Part shown: in pieces, positions 13,401 through 26,100 of the stretch
Layout: each line of letters begins with the position of its first letter
Position numbering within the stretch: the stretch's first letter is position 1
From: Paragordius varius
Taxonomy: Eukaryota; Animalia; Nematomorpha
Direction of reading: 5' to 3'
Assembly (NCBI GenBank): GCA_964247055.1
Contig: OZ176058.1
Span: 806,001 to 870,000 of the forward strand
DNA: 64,000 nucleotides
Position numbers and translations under genes: made by a program
The notes under the pieces: generated by a model
Seen by the model: the letters and a program-made list of their open reading frames with translations, nothing else
Told to the model about the DNA's origin: nothing
Databases searched by the model: none

Positions 13401-16400
13401 AAAATTGAATAGTATAACATATTTAACAAACCTCTTAACGTAAAAAATTAAAAAAATGGGTAAAAAATCTGTTTTAGGGTGAAAAAATATTAAAACTATG
13501 AAATTATTAAAAATGGTTAAAATGATTAAAAACGCTTAAAAAATATGTTTAAAGTGAAAAAAATGGTTAAAAACGCTTAAGAAATTCGTTTAAATGGTTT
13601 AAAATAATTTAAAAAAATTATATGTGGGAACTTTGCATTCCGAAATAACGAAAGATATGTTGAAGGCAATCTTTGAACCTTTTGGTAAGGTATTTATTAC
13701 AAAAAACTAATAAAAATTTAAAAAAATAGTTGAAATTTTAATAAAAATTAGCTAAAAATGGTTAAAAACGCTTAAGATATACGTTTAAATTGAAAAAATT
13801 GGTTAAAAATAATATAAAATGCTTTTTTAATGGTTTAAACTGAAAATTTTTTAAAAAAATTATATGTGGGTATTTTGCACCCCGAAATAACGGAAGATAT
13901 GTCGAAGGCAATCTTTGAACCGTTTGGAAAGGTAAAAATTAAAATCTAAAAATAGTGGATTATAAATAAAAATTGGTTAAAAACGCTTAAGAAATACTGA
14001 ATTTGATAATTGTGAGAAATGAGAGTTAAAAGTGGTAAAAATGGTATATTTTTTGTGAAATAAGCTTAAAAATTGTTTAACATAGTGTGAAATTCTCAAT
14101 GATTATTATTTTTTAAAATTTGGGTTAACCTCCTTGAAATTGTATGTTGGCATTTTGCATTAACGCAAAATATGTTGAAAGCAAGCTTTGAACCTTTTTG
14201 GAAAGGTAAAAATGTGTTGATATAGTGAAATTTGGTAAATTTTAATTAAAAATAGTGAAATTGTAATATTAAAGAAAAAAGTTAAAAATGGTGTTAAAAA
14301 CGCTTAAGAAATACGTTTAAAGTCAAAAAATTGGTTAAAAATTATGCAAAATGTTAAATCTTTTTTTAATGGTTTAAAATAAATTAAAACTGTTTTGAAA
14401 CAACTATCCCACTCTGTATTATATATGGGAACTTTGCATCCCGAAATAACTAAATATATGTTGAAAGCAATCTTTGAACCTTTTGGAAAGGTAAATTATG
14501 ACAAAAATTATATTAAAAAAAAATAGTTGAATTTTAATTAAAAATTAGCTAAAAATGATTCAAAAATAAGTTCGAAGGTTAAAAATGGTAAGATACACAT
14601 TTAAAAATAGCTTTTTAATGAAAATTGGTTAAAAATTGAATAGTATATTACACAAACCTTTTTCGGGTTAAAAAAAATTGTAAAAAATTGCTAAATATGT
14701 TTGAGAGTGAAATATTTTTAATTAAAAATAGTTAAATTTTGATTAAAATTGGCTAAAAATGATTCAAAAATAAGTTTAGAGGTAAAATATCATTTAAAAT
14801 AATGTAATTTTGGTGAAAATTGGTTGAAAATATGCCAAAAAGCTTGAGAGCCACACAATGGGTAAAAATATTATATAGTTGGTTAAAGTTGTTAAAATTA
14901 ATTAATTTTGATTTAAAATACGACTGACTCTTTGAAATTCTATGTGGGAACTCTTTTAATAAGAACAATTTTTAGTATTTTATTTTAAATATATTTTTAT
15001 AAATAATATCTTTATTTTTATTAAAGTTTTATTTTATGTTATAATTTTAGATTGATTATATAACTTTAATTATGGATCACGAGACCCGAAAATCACGTGG
15101 GTACGGATATATTCAAGTTAGTTTATAAATAATATATATATATATATAATTTTTAGTATTTTTTATTTATTTATAATAAAATAATCTATTTCAAATATTT
15201 TTTAAATGATAATACTTTAAAAATTATTAATTTAGTAAAAAACATATTTTTTGGACCATCAATCTTATAAAGACAATATTTTTTTAAGACATGGCTCTAT
15301 ACTTTTGAAAATTTTTAATTTTTTTAAAAATCAATAACTTGAAAAGTATGTAATCGAAGAGTAAAATTTGCCAATATTTTAATAATTTTTTATATTTTAA
15401 AATTCTAATCAAATAATTTATATATAAAATATAAAAATTATAACCTTTTTAATAAAAATTTCATTATTTTTTAATTCTATCGTTATTAAGAAAGTATTTT
15501 AACGGTAAAAACTGCATTTATACGTAAGAGTACAAAACGTAAAAATATAAAGACAAATGTTTTATTTTTAAAAGACATTAACCATACTTTTTTAAGTAGC
15601 CTTGTAATATTTTTTCTATAAAACTCTTTAATATTATTAAAATTTTAAAATATATGATTGATTGTGTGTTACCATTGTACAGTAAAAATAGAAATTATAC
15701 GGACAAAACGTAAAAATATAAAATTAAAAATATTTCGAGATTAATTATTTTTATTTTTAAGGATTTTTTTTAAATTATTTTTTTTAAATTTTTTTAAAAT
15801 CAAACTATATTTTATTTTCTAGTTTCACGATTCTGAAGACGCTAAACGCGCTCTTGAAAGTTTAGATGGTTTTGAATTGGCTGGTAAGGCTATGCGAGTA
15901 AGTACTCACGATTCTGAACAAGTAAATACTTCATCAGCAAAGGCTGAAAAAAGTCCAGAAGAAACTAGAAATAGTAGTCGAGACTCTAAGAAAACGAGCA
16001 AAAAGGACAATAAAGAATGTAAGTTTTTTGGTCTTTTAAATATTTTTATAGATTTCTTCAAGAGTTTAAGAAAGTTTTGTATGATTTTTTATCTTTTTAT
16101 CAGAGTATTTTAGCTGAAAATATTGATTTTACATGTGTAGAGTAAAAATATTGTTTTTTTGAGTATTTTTGATCTTAAATGTAAAAATTTTGAGCAGTTC
16201 TTGAACTGGCTGCTAAGGCTATGCGAGTAAGTACTCATGATTCTGAACAAGTAAATACTTCATCAGCAAAAGCTGATTCTATTAGCAAAAGTCCTGAAGA
16301 AACTAGAAATAATAGTCGAGACTCTAAGAAAACGAGCAAAAAGGATAATAAGTTTACGTCCTTTGAAAAATGTAATTTTTTTGGTTTTTTATTGCTTTCT

Positions 16401-19400
16401 TGCGGGTTTTTAAATGGAAGAAGGGGGAATTTGAATTTTTACAGAGTTTATAAAGAGTTTTTTTGATATTTTACTCTTTAGATAGTATTTGAGCTGAAAA
16501 TATTGATATTAGATGGTTTTTGAGTGTTTTTTTGATCCTAAATGTAAAAAATTTTGATTTTTTGAGCAAAAAGCTTATACGAGTAAGTACTCACGATTCT
16601 TAACAAGTAAATACTTCATCAAAATCTGATTCTATTGGCAAAAGTCCTGAAGAAACTAGAAATAGTAGCGACTCTAAGAAAACTAGCAAAAAGTACAATA
16701 AAGAAACGTCCTATGAAAAATATATATTTATTGGTTTTTTAATTTACAAATGTTTTTAGATGGGATTTTTTGGATTATCTTCTCTCTAGAGAGTTTTTGA
16801 GCTAAAAATATTAATTTTAGATGGTTTTTGAGTTAAAAATAGGATTTTTCGAAGTTTTTTTGATCTTAAGTGTAAAAAATTTGAACTGGCTGGTAAGGCT
16901 ATGCGAGTAAGTACTCACGATTCCGAACAAGTAAATACTTCATCATCAATAGCTAAGAAAAGTCCAGAAGAAACTAGAAATAGTAGTCGAGACTCTAAGA
17001 AAACTAGTAAAAAGGACATTAAAGAATGTAAGTTTTTTGGTTTTTTAAATATTTTTAGAGTTCTTGAAGAGTTTTTTATGTTTCTTTTTTTGGAGTATGA
17101 AAATACTGATTTGAAAAAAAGCTAAAAGGACAATAAAAAAACCATAGAAATATGTGAGTTTTTTGCTTTTTTTAAATTTTTTACAGAGTTCAAGAGTTTT
17201 TTTAATTTTTTGTTTTATTAGTAGTATTTGAGCTAAAAATATTAGTTTTAGAGAGCTTTTGAATGTTTTTATCTTTAATGTAAATATTTTGAGCATTTTT
17301 TGAACTGGCGGGTAAGGCTATGCGAGTTAGTACTCACGATTCTGAACAAGTAAATACTTTATCAGCAAAAGCTGAGAAAAGTCCAGAAGAAACTAGAAAT
17401 AGTAGTCGAGACTCTAAGAAAACAAGCAAAAAGGACAATAAAGATTGTAAGTTTTTTGGTTTTTTAACACAAAACATCAATTTTTCGGTTTTTTCTTTTT
17501 ATAGAATATATTTGGCCTAAAAATATTAATTTTAGATGGTTTTGAGTAAAATAAGATATAGAAAACGAGCAAAAAGTACAATAAAGAAACGTCCTTTGAA
17601 AAATGTAAGTTTTTTGGTTTTTATTATATTTTTTAGGGGTTTTATGAAAGGTTTTTTGGTTTTTTCTTTTTAGAGAGTTTTTGAGCTAAAAATATTGATT
17701 TTAAATGGTTTTTCAGTTATTTTTGGACATTTTTTTAGTTTTTTTGATCCTAAATGTAATTTTATCTTTTTATAGAGTATCTGAGCTAAATATTGATTTT
17801 AGATGGTTTTTGAATAAAAATATTGATTTTTGAGTATTTTTGATTTTAAATGTAAAAATTCTGGGCATATTTTGAACTGGCGGGTAAGGCTATGCGAGTA
17901 AGTATTCCAGATTCTGAACAAGTCAATACTACTTTAGCAAAAGCTGAAAAAAGTTTTGAAGAAACTAGAAATAGTAGTCGATACTCTAAGAAAACGAGCA
18001 AAAAGGATAATAAAGAAACGCCCTTTGAAAAATGTAAGTTTTTTGGTTTTTTATTGAATTTTTTAGGGGGGATTTTTTGGATTTTTTCTCTTTAGAGAGT
18101 ATTTGAGCAAAAAATAATAATTTTTGATGGTTTTTGTGTATTTTTGGGTATTTTTTAAGTTTTTTTCATCTTAAATGTAATTTTACCCTTTGGATAGTAT
18201 TTGAGCTTAAAATATTGATTTTCAAAAAAGCAAAAAGGACAATAAATAAATGTCCTTTAAAAAATGTAAGTTTTTTGGTTTTTTAACTCAAAACATCAAT
18301 TTTTTCGGTTTATTTTTCTTTTTATAGAATATATTTGATCTAAAAATATTGGTTTTAGATGGTTTTCGAGTTAAATTATTGATTTAGAAAACGAGCAAAA
18401 AGGATATTAAGGAAACGTCCTTTGAAAAATGTAGTTTGTTGGTTTTTTATAATATTTTACAGAGTTCAAGAGTTTGAAAAGAGTTTTTTTATTTTTTTTA
18501 TAGAATATTTGAGCTGAAAATATTGATTTTAGATGGTTTTTGAGTAAAAATATTGATTTAGAAAACGAGCAAAAAGGATAAAGAAACCATTGAAAAATGT
18601 AATTTTTTTGGTTTTTTATGATTTTTTTGCGTGTTCTATAGAGTTTAAAAAGAGTTTTTTATTAGATAGTATTTGAGCTGAAAATATTTAAAAGGTTTTT
18701 GACTAAATATGGTATTTTTTGTAAAAAGGCTATGCGAGTAAGTACTCATGATTCTGAACAAGTAAATACTTCATCAGCAAAAGCTGAGAAAAGCAAAAGT
18801 CCTGAAGAAACTAGTAATAGTAGTCGAGACTCTAAAAAACGAGCAAAAAGGAAAATAAAGAAACTCATTTGAAAAATGTAGGTTTTTTTGGTTTTTTAAC
18901 TCAAAACATCAATTTTTATAGATTTCTTTAAGACTTTTAAACGAATTTGTATGATTTTTTTCTTTTTATCAGAGTATTTTAGTTGAAAATATTGATTTTA
19001 CATGGTTTTAGAGTAAAAATATTGATTTGTTAAAGTTTTTTGATCTTTAATGTAAAAAATGTTGAGCATTTTTTGAACTGGCGGGTAAGGCTATGCGAGT
19101 AAGTACTCATGATTCTGAACAAGTAAATACTTCATCAGCAAAAGCTGAAAAAAGTCCTGAAGAAACTAGAAATAGTAGTCAAGACTCTAAGAAAACGAAC
19201 AAAAAGGATAATAAAGAATGTAAGTTTTATGATTTTTTAATTTAAAAGGTTTTTTAGATGGGTTTATGAGATTTTACTATTTAGAGAGTATTTGAGGTGA
19301 AAATATTGAATTTAGATGGTTTTTGAGTGTTTTATCCATCATAAATGGAAAAGGGTTTTTGACCAAAAAAATATCTCATGAAGCTATTACTAATCAACAA

Positions 19401-22400
19401 CAACTTCCACCCTTAAAAACAATTTTATATGAATTTTATTTAAAAAATTTTAAATTATGTATGAAATGATTCAATATTAAATTAATAAAAAAACTATTTT
19501 TATCCATAAAATTATTTTATAATATATAAAGATTAAAATATCTGTTATTCATTAATTTTAGCACATGAGGCTAATAATAATCAACCAAAATATAACCATT
19601 TTTTTAAAAACAATTATTCTTAATTTTTTGGAAAAAAATAATATTAAATTTATTTATAATTTAATAAAATAATTTAATATCTTAATATTTTTATTAAAAA
19701 AAAATTATAAAATTTAATTAATTTACAAAAAAATTAATTTTTATTAATTTTAGCACATGAAAATAGCAATAATCAACAACAATTCAACCCATTTCCCCCT
19801 ATTCCAGTCCCAGCCGTCGTCAGTCTACCCAATCTTATTGGCGGGCTTGCTGGTCTCAACACTAACGATTTAGTTAATTATACGGGCGGTCGACATTTAA
19901 CTGGTAAATAATTTATAAATTTAATTTAATTAGAAATAATTAAAAAATAAATCTCAAAATTAATTATAATTATTGTTTTTATAATATTTCCTAAAAATAT
20001 AATTTTTTTTAAAATATTCCTTAAAAATATTAATATTTTACATGAAAATCAACGATATTATCAATTTTTGATATTTTTTTAATTATATATATATGGTTAT
20101 TGTTAATTTTTAATTTATTTGTTAAAAAAATATTTTTGGGAATATTTTTTAAAAAAGTTCGTTTTTAGTTTAAAATAATGATTGGCGGGCTTGCTGGTCT
20201 CAACATTAATGATCTAGTTAATTATACGGGCGGGCGGCATTTAACCGGTAAATTATAAAAATTAAAATATTATTTTTTGAAACTTGAAAATATCGTAATA
20301 AAAAATATATTTAGAATTCCTAAAAATATTGCAAATTTGCAAAAATCCTAGAAAATTAAAGATTTTTGATTAAATATAAAAGTTTTTTCATATTTATTGA
20401 AATTTTTGATAAAAAATCAAATTTTTAAAAAAAACTATTTTTAGAACTTTTTAATTTTTTTAAGATTTTTATAAAATTTGTTTGATAAAAAAATATTTTT
20501 AAGAATTTTTTTAAAAAGTTGTTTTATAAAATAAAATCTGATTGGCGGTTTAATGGTCTCATACGAATGATCTAGTTAATTATACGGGTGGTCGGCATTT
20601 AACAGGTAAAAAAATTATTTTAGAAATAATTTAAAAAATATTTATTAAAAATCTAAAAAATATATATGTTTTTTAAAATATTTCTTAAAAATATTTATAT
20701 TTTGCTAAAATCCCAGAAAATTAAGGATAATAAATTAAATTTAAAAGTTTTTTTTAATTGTTTAAAATATTTATTAAATATATATATTATAATAATATTC
20801 CTCAAAAATATAAAATAAAATTTTGCAAAAATCTCAGAAAATCAACGATTTTTGATATAAATCAGGACTTTATATTAATTTTTTTGATCAATTTTCATTA
20901 AAAATATCAAAATTGAAAAACAAAAACTATTTTTAGAATGTTTTTATTTTTTTTTAAGATTTTTAATATATTTATATGGTTTTTTTAGATTTTATTTGAT
21001 ATAAAAGATATTTTTGGGAATATTAAAATATAAATTCGTTTTATAAAATAAAATCTTATTGGCGGGCTTGCTGGTCTCAACACTAACGATCTAGTTAATT
21101 ATACGGGCGGTCGACATTTAACTGGTAAATTATAAAATGAAAAATAATTTTTTTTTGAAATATTCCTTAAAATATTATTTTTTAAATAATATTTAAATTA
21201 AACTTAAAACTTACAAAAATGTTAAAATTCTGAAAAAATCTCAGAAAATCAAAGATTTTTGATTAATTAAAGTTTTTTATAAATATATCTTTATTTTAGT
21301 TTTAAGTTTCGAAAAGTTTTTTTTATATATAGTTTTTGATTTTTTCATTTTTCTGATAAAAAAGATATTTTTGAATTTTTTTTTAAAAATATACGTTTTA
21401 ATTAAAAATAATTATCAGAGGTTTTGCTGGTCTTACAAATTTAGTGAATTATACATGAGGTCTGTATATAACTGGTAAATTTTTTATAATAATTCTCAAA
21501 TTCACCCTAAAATAATTTTTTATAAATCAAAAATTACCTTTATTTTATAATATTTTTAAAATATGAAATTTTGTTTAAAAATTAATATAATGCTGAAAAA
21601 ATAATAAACTATGCGCCATAAATTTATATTTCATTATAATAATGAGTTATATTAGCTGTCCAAAAACACATAATTTATTTTTAGGAAATTGAATTTTAGG
21701 TGTAAATAAAGTTTTAAAAATATTTTAAACTATAAATATATATATGTATATATATATATATATATATTATATATTTTTAATAAAATTTATTTAAAAATAA
21801 TTATATATTTAATTTCTCCAAATCAATCAGTTTATAATTATTTTTATATACATTTTTTGAATTTTGCAATTATTAATATGTATTTAAATATATAAATATA
21901 TATTTTAAGTTTTATGAATTTAATTAGTTTTTAAATAAAATTATTAAATAATTATTAAATTATAAAATATTAATTATTTAATATTTTCAGCCAGCATAAA
22001 TCAATCAGGCCCGGCTTACAGTATTTTGGATAGCTTTCTATTTTTTTTATGAAAAAATAAATTTTAAAAATTTAATTAGTATATAAATAAAATAATTATT
22101 AAATATATATATATATATTAAAAATTTATTAAAAACTTAAACTATATAATAAAATTATAAATTATGTAAAATATTTTTTAATTCATAAATTAACTAAAAT
22201 ATTTAAATTATATATTTTTTATAGCCAGTATAAATCAATCAGGCACGGCTTACATTTTCTGATATTTAATATAAAAAGTTTTTTTGTAAATATAATTTTA
22301 ATTAAATCCATATATATAAAATTTTCGCAATTATTATATATATATATATCTTGAGTTCTAAAAATTTAATTAGTATTTAAACAAAATAACTTCATATATA

Positions 22401-22531
22401 TATATTATTATAAAAAAATAAAATTGATAATTTTAAATTTTATTCAAATAAAATTTATATATATATATAATATATATGTACTTAAAATTTATTAAAAACC
22501 TAAAATAAATTATGTAAAATATTTTTGCAAT

Positions 22532-22564
<33 letters not shown>

Positions 22565-23137
22565 AATATTTTTTTAAATTAAGTGAATTTACTTATTATT
22601 TAAATTTATTAAAAACTTAAAATATTTAATAAAAATTTTTTTAAATTAATTAAAATATATATATATATATTCCTCAGCCAGTATAAATCAATCAGGCACA
22701 GCTTACAGTATATTGGATAGCGAAGAAACTGAAAAGCGTGGAATTGATATTGGAACCACGGGACGTATACAGCTCATGGCGAAATTAGCTCAAGGTTTAT
22801 TTAAATTTTAAAATTTTTAAAAAAATTTATTAATTAAGTTTTTTTAAATTTTAAGAAAATTATTTAATAAACTTTAGTTCTAATTTAAATTTAATTAAAT
22901 TTATATTTATTAAAACTTAATAAATATTAAATTTTTAAATATTTGAATTTCATAATGTTTTTTTAAAAATTATTAAATTTATGTACTATTAAGATATATT
23001 TTATATCTAATAAAAATAGTTTTACATAATTTTAATTATATATAAAATATTTAATTTTAAAAAAATAGTTAATAAAAATATAAAATTTGGAAATTTTTTG
23101 AATATTATAATGTTTCTTTAAAATTGATTTTTAAGGA

Positions 23138-23169
<32 letters not shown>

Positions 23170-26100
23170 AATTATTTAAAAATATTTTTCTGAAATTAAT
23201 TTTAATGAAAATTATAATTGGAACCACGGGTCGTATACAACTCATGGCGAAATAAGCTCAAGGTTTAAATTTAAATTATCAAAAAAATTTTAAAAATAAA
23301 TTAAAAATTAATTTAGAAATTATTAAGTTTTAGTTTTATCAAATTTAAAATAATTTATTAAATATTTTTTAAAAAAATTATGTTTTTATTGGACAGCTGA
23401 TGGCGAAATTAGCTCTAGGTTTTTTATTAAATTTAAAATAAATTTTAAAAAATATCTAAAATAAAATAAAAATTAAAAAAAAATTATTTTTAAATAATTT
23501 GAGTTTCATATTTGGACAGCTGATGTCTAAATTAGCCCAGGTTTTTTATTCAAATTAAATTAAAAATAAATAAATTTTATTATTAAAAATTAATTAATTA
23601 TTTAAGTTTTTTAAAAAAAAATTATTTAGAAATTATTAAATTTTAGTTTTATATAAAAATATGTAATTTTAAAATAATTTTAGATTATAAATATTGATAT
23701 ATAAGATGTATAAAATCAAATAAATAGTTTTTATATAGAAAATGAAAGCGTTAAATAATATATATTTAATATAATTTAATTAATATAAAATGCTATATTT
23801 GAATAAAAAAATACTTGTTAAAATAAATATTTTTTAATAAATGTTTATTATTTATTAGATTAAATTTTTAATAATTTTTAAGCATTGATATCAATTTTTG
23901 AATATAAAACATTTTTTTGTTAAATATTAAACATTAAAACGTAGAATTGATATATGAACCACGGGCCGCATTCAGCTTATGGTGAAATTAGTTTTTTAAA
24001 AAAATATTTTTTTAGAAAAAAAATAATTTTAATTAATTATGAAATAAATAAAAAAGATTTTGATGTATATGTAATTTATTATATGTTTTTAAAAACTCCT
24101 AATATCCAATTTAATTTTTTTTTATTTATATCTAAATATATTTTATTTAAAAATTTTTTTTTTGATTTTTAATTATAAATTTCAATAATAAAAAAATATT
24201 TTTTGATGTTGAAAAAAAATATAATTAAATAGTAGAAAATATTCGTTTTAATATTTTTCTAAAATTTTAAAATTAAAAAAACTTAAACTTTTAAATTTGT
24301 GTTTCAGGCACGGGTCTTCAATTACCCAAAGCCGCGCATGATGTCCTAAAATCAGCTGCGTCGGCTGTCAGTCATCCAGCTATCGCTAAACAGCTGACAC
24401 CCCCTGTGACCGAACCGCCGATTGCAACATCTGCTTTTATGTTGTCAAATATGTTTGACCCCTCACAGTAAGGATAGATATATATAATTATATTGTTCTA
24501 TTTAAAGTTATATTTTTTTAATTTAATGCGCTCTCTTTAACAAATATTAATTTTTCATTTTAGCGAAAAATTCAGAATTGAGCATTGAAAAAATTTTAAT
24601 TTTCTCTGTAAGGTATATTAGAGATATCATGAGTTTATCTAAATAGATTCAATGGTTTTTGTCGACCGTATAGTAAAAAATGACTATTATTTGCCATTTT
24701 CCAATTTTATACCTGATACCCCGTTTGTTATAAAATTATGGACTAAATTTTAGACAAATAAACTAATTAGTAAACATTTGAATAATTAACATGAAATCAA
24801 TTTTATACAGACGAAATGTAAAAATTATATTATAGCAAAAAATAACTATTATTTATGGTTAATCTTCCGGTCGGTGTTTTTTGTTTTTCCAGTTTGTCTG
24901 TATATAATTTGAATTTTTACTGTACATCCTATAAATTTAAAAATGTATATATATTTCTCTTTAAATTGAATGAATGCATTGTTTAACATCATATGTTTTA
25001 ATGAACATGTGTGTTCAGAGAATCAGGTGATGACTGGACAGCTGATATTCGTGATGACGTGATTGAGGAATGCGAAAAGTACGGAGGTGGTGGTGGAGTC
25101 CTCCATTGCCATGTGGATGCCCAAAGTGCTGCTGGTTCAGTTTACGTAAAGTGCACAGATGTTGCTACAGCTCAATTCGCTGTAACAGCGTTGCATGGAC
25201 GCTTTTTTGCAGGTTAGCTGTTTATCTGAATGAATGCTTTGAACAGGTGTTTTAAGACAGCTGATTTTAGTATATAAAACACTACTTGTTTTAAATACCA
25301 AAATTTTTAAGTTACGCTTATTTAAGGTTTTAATTATATGGTTAAATATATGATTGCTGAACTGTGGAGACATGTTAATAAGCAGATGTTTAATAAACAC
25401 GTGTTTTAAAGACTTCTCAGAAATGGTATTGATCATATATTTGAGTGAGTTTTCAGAATATTTTGAATAGAACTCAAGAGTATAATTATTTTGTGATGTA
25501 TTATATCATAATGGCAGTTTACGTAAAGTGCACAGATGTAGCCACGGCTCAATTCGCTGTAACAGCGTTGCATGGACGCTTTTTTGCAGGTTAGATCATA
25601 AAATCAGGTGTTTTAACACATGATTGCTAAGAACAGATGGTAGAAAACATGTGTTAATAAACACGTGTTTCATAAATGGTACTGATCATATGTTTGAGTA
25701 AGTATATTTAGTAGCAAATTGTACCGAATTTCAATGATAAAAACCCATGTACAAATAAAGTTGTTTTACACTAAAGAAGTACTTTTTTAAAATATTTTTG
25801 AATAGAACTCAAGAGTTATTATTTTTGTCTATGTTATATCATAATGTCAGTTTACGTAAAATGATTTAACAGGTGTTTTGAGACAACTGATTTTATCTAT
25901 ATAGAACAATACTTGTTTTATATACCAAAATTTTAAGTTACGCTTTTTTGCAGGTTTAAATCATATTATAAATTTTATAATTGCTTTGAAACTTTGGAGA
26001 GAGCATGCGTTAATAAGCAGATGTTTTATAATTACGTTTCAAGATTCTCAATGAATATGATCATATGTTTGAGTCAGTGAATTTAGTAAAAGAGTGTGCC

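Noticed and set aside
16221-18095. ORFs beginning MRVSTHDSEQ as separate small paralogous genes
   Set aside because: They are donor-side copies of RBM39 exon 15823-16018 inside an intron; the ATG is an internal Met codon.
8360-19219. Dscam-like mutually exclusive exon clusters
   Set aside because: The copies are partial and lack one of the two source splice sites, so they cannot substitute for the full exon; only 9009-9113 and 25518-25589 could be additive cassettes.
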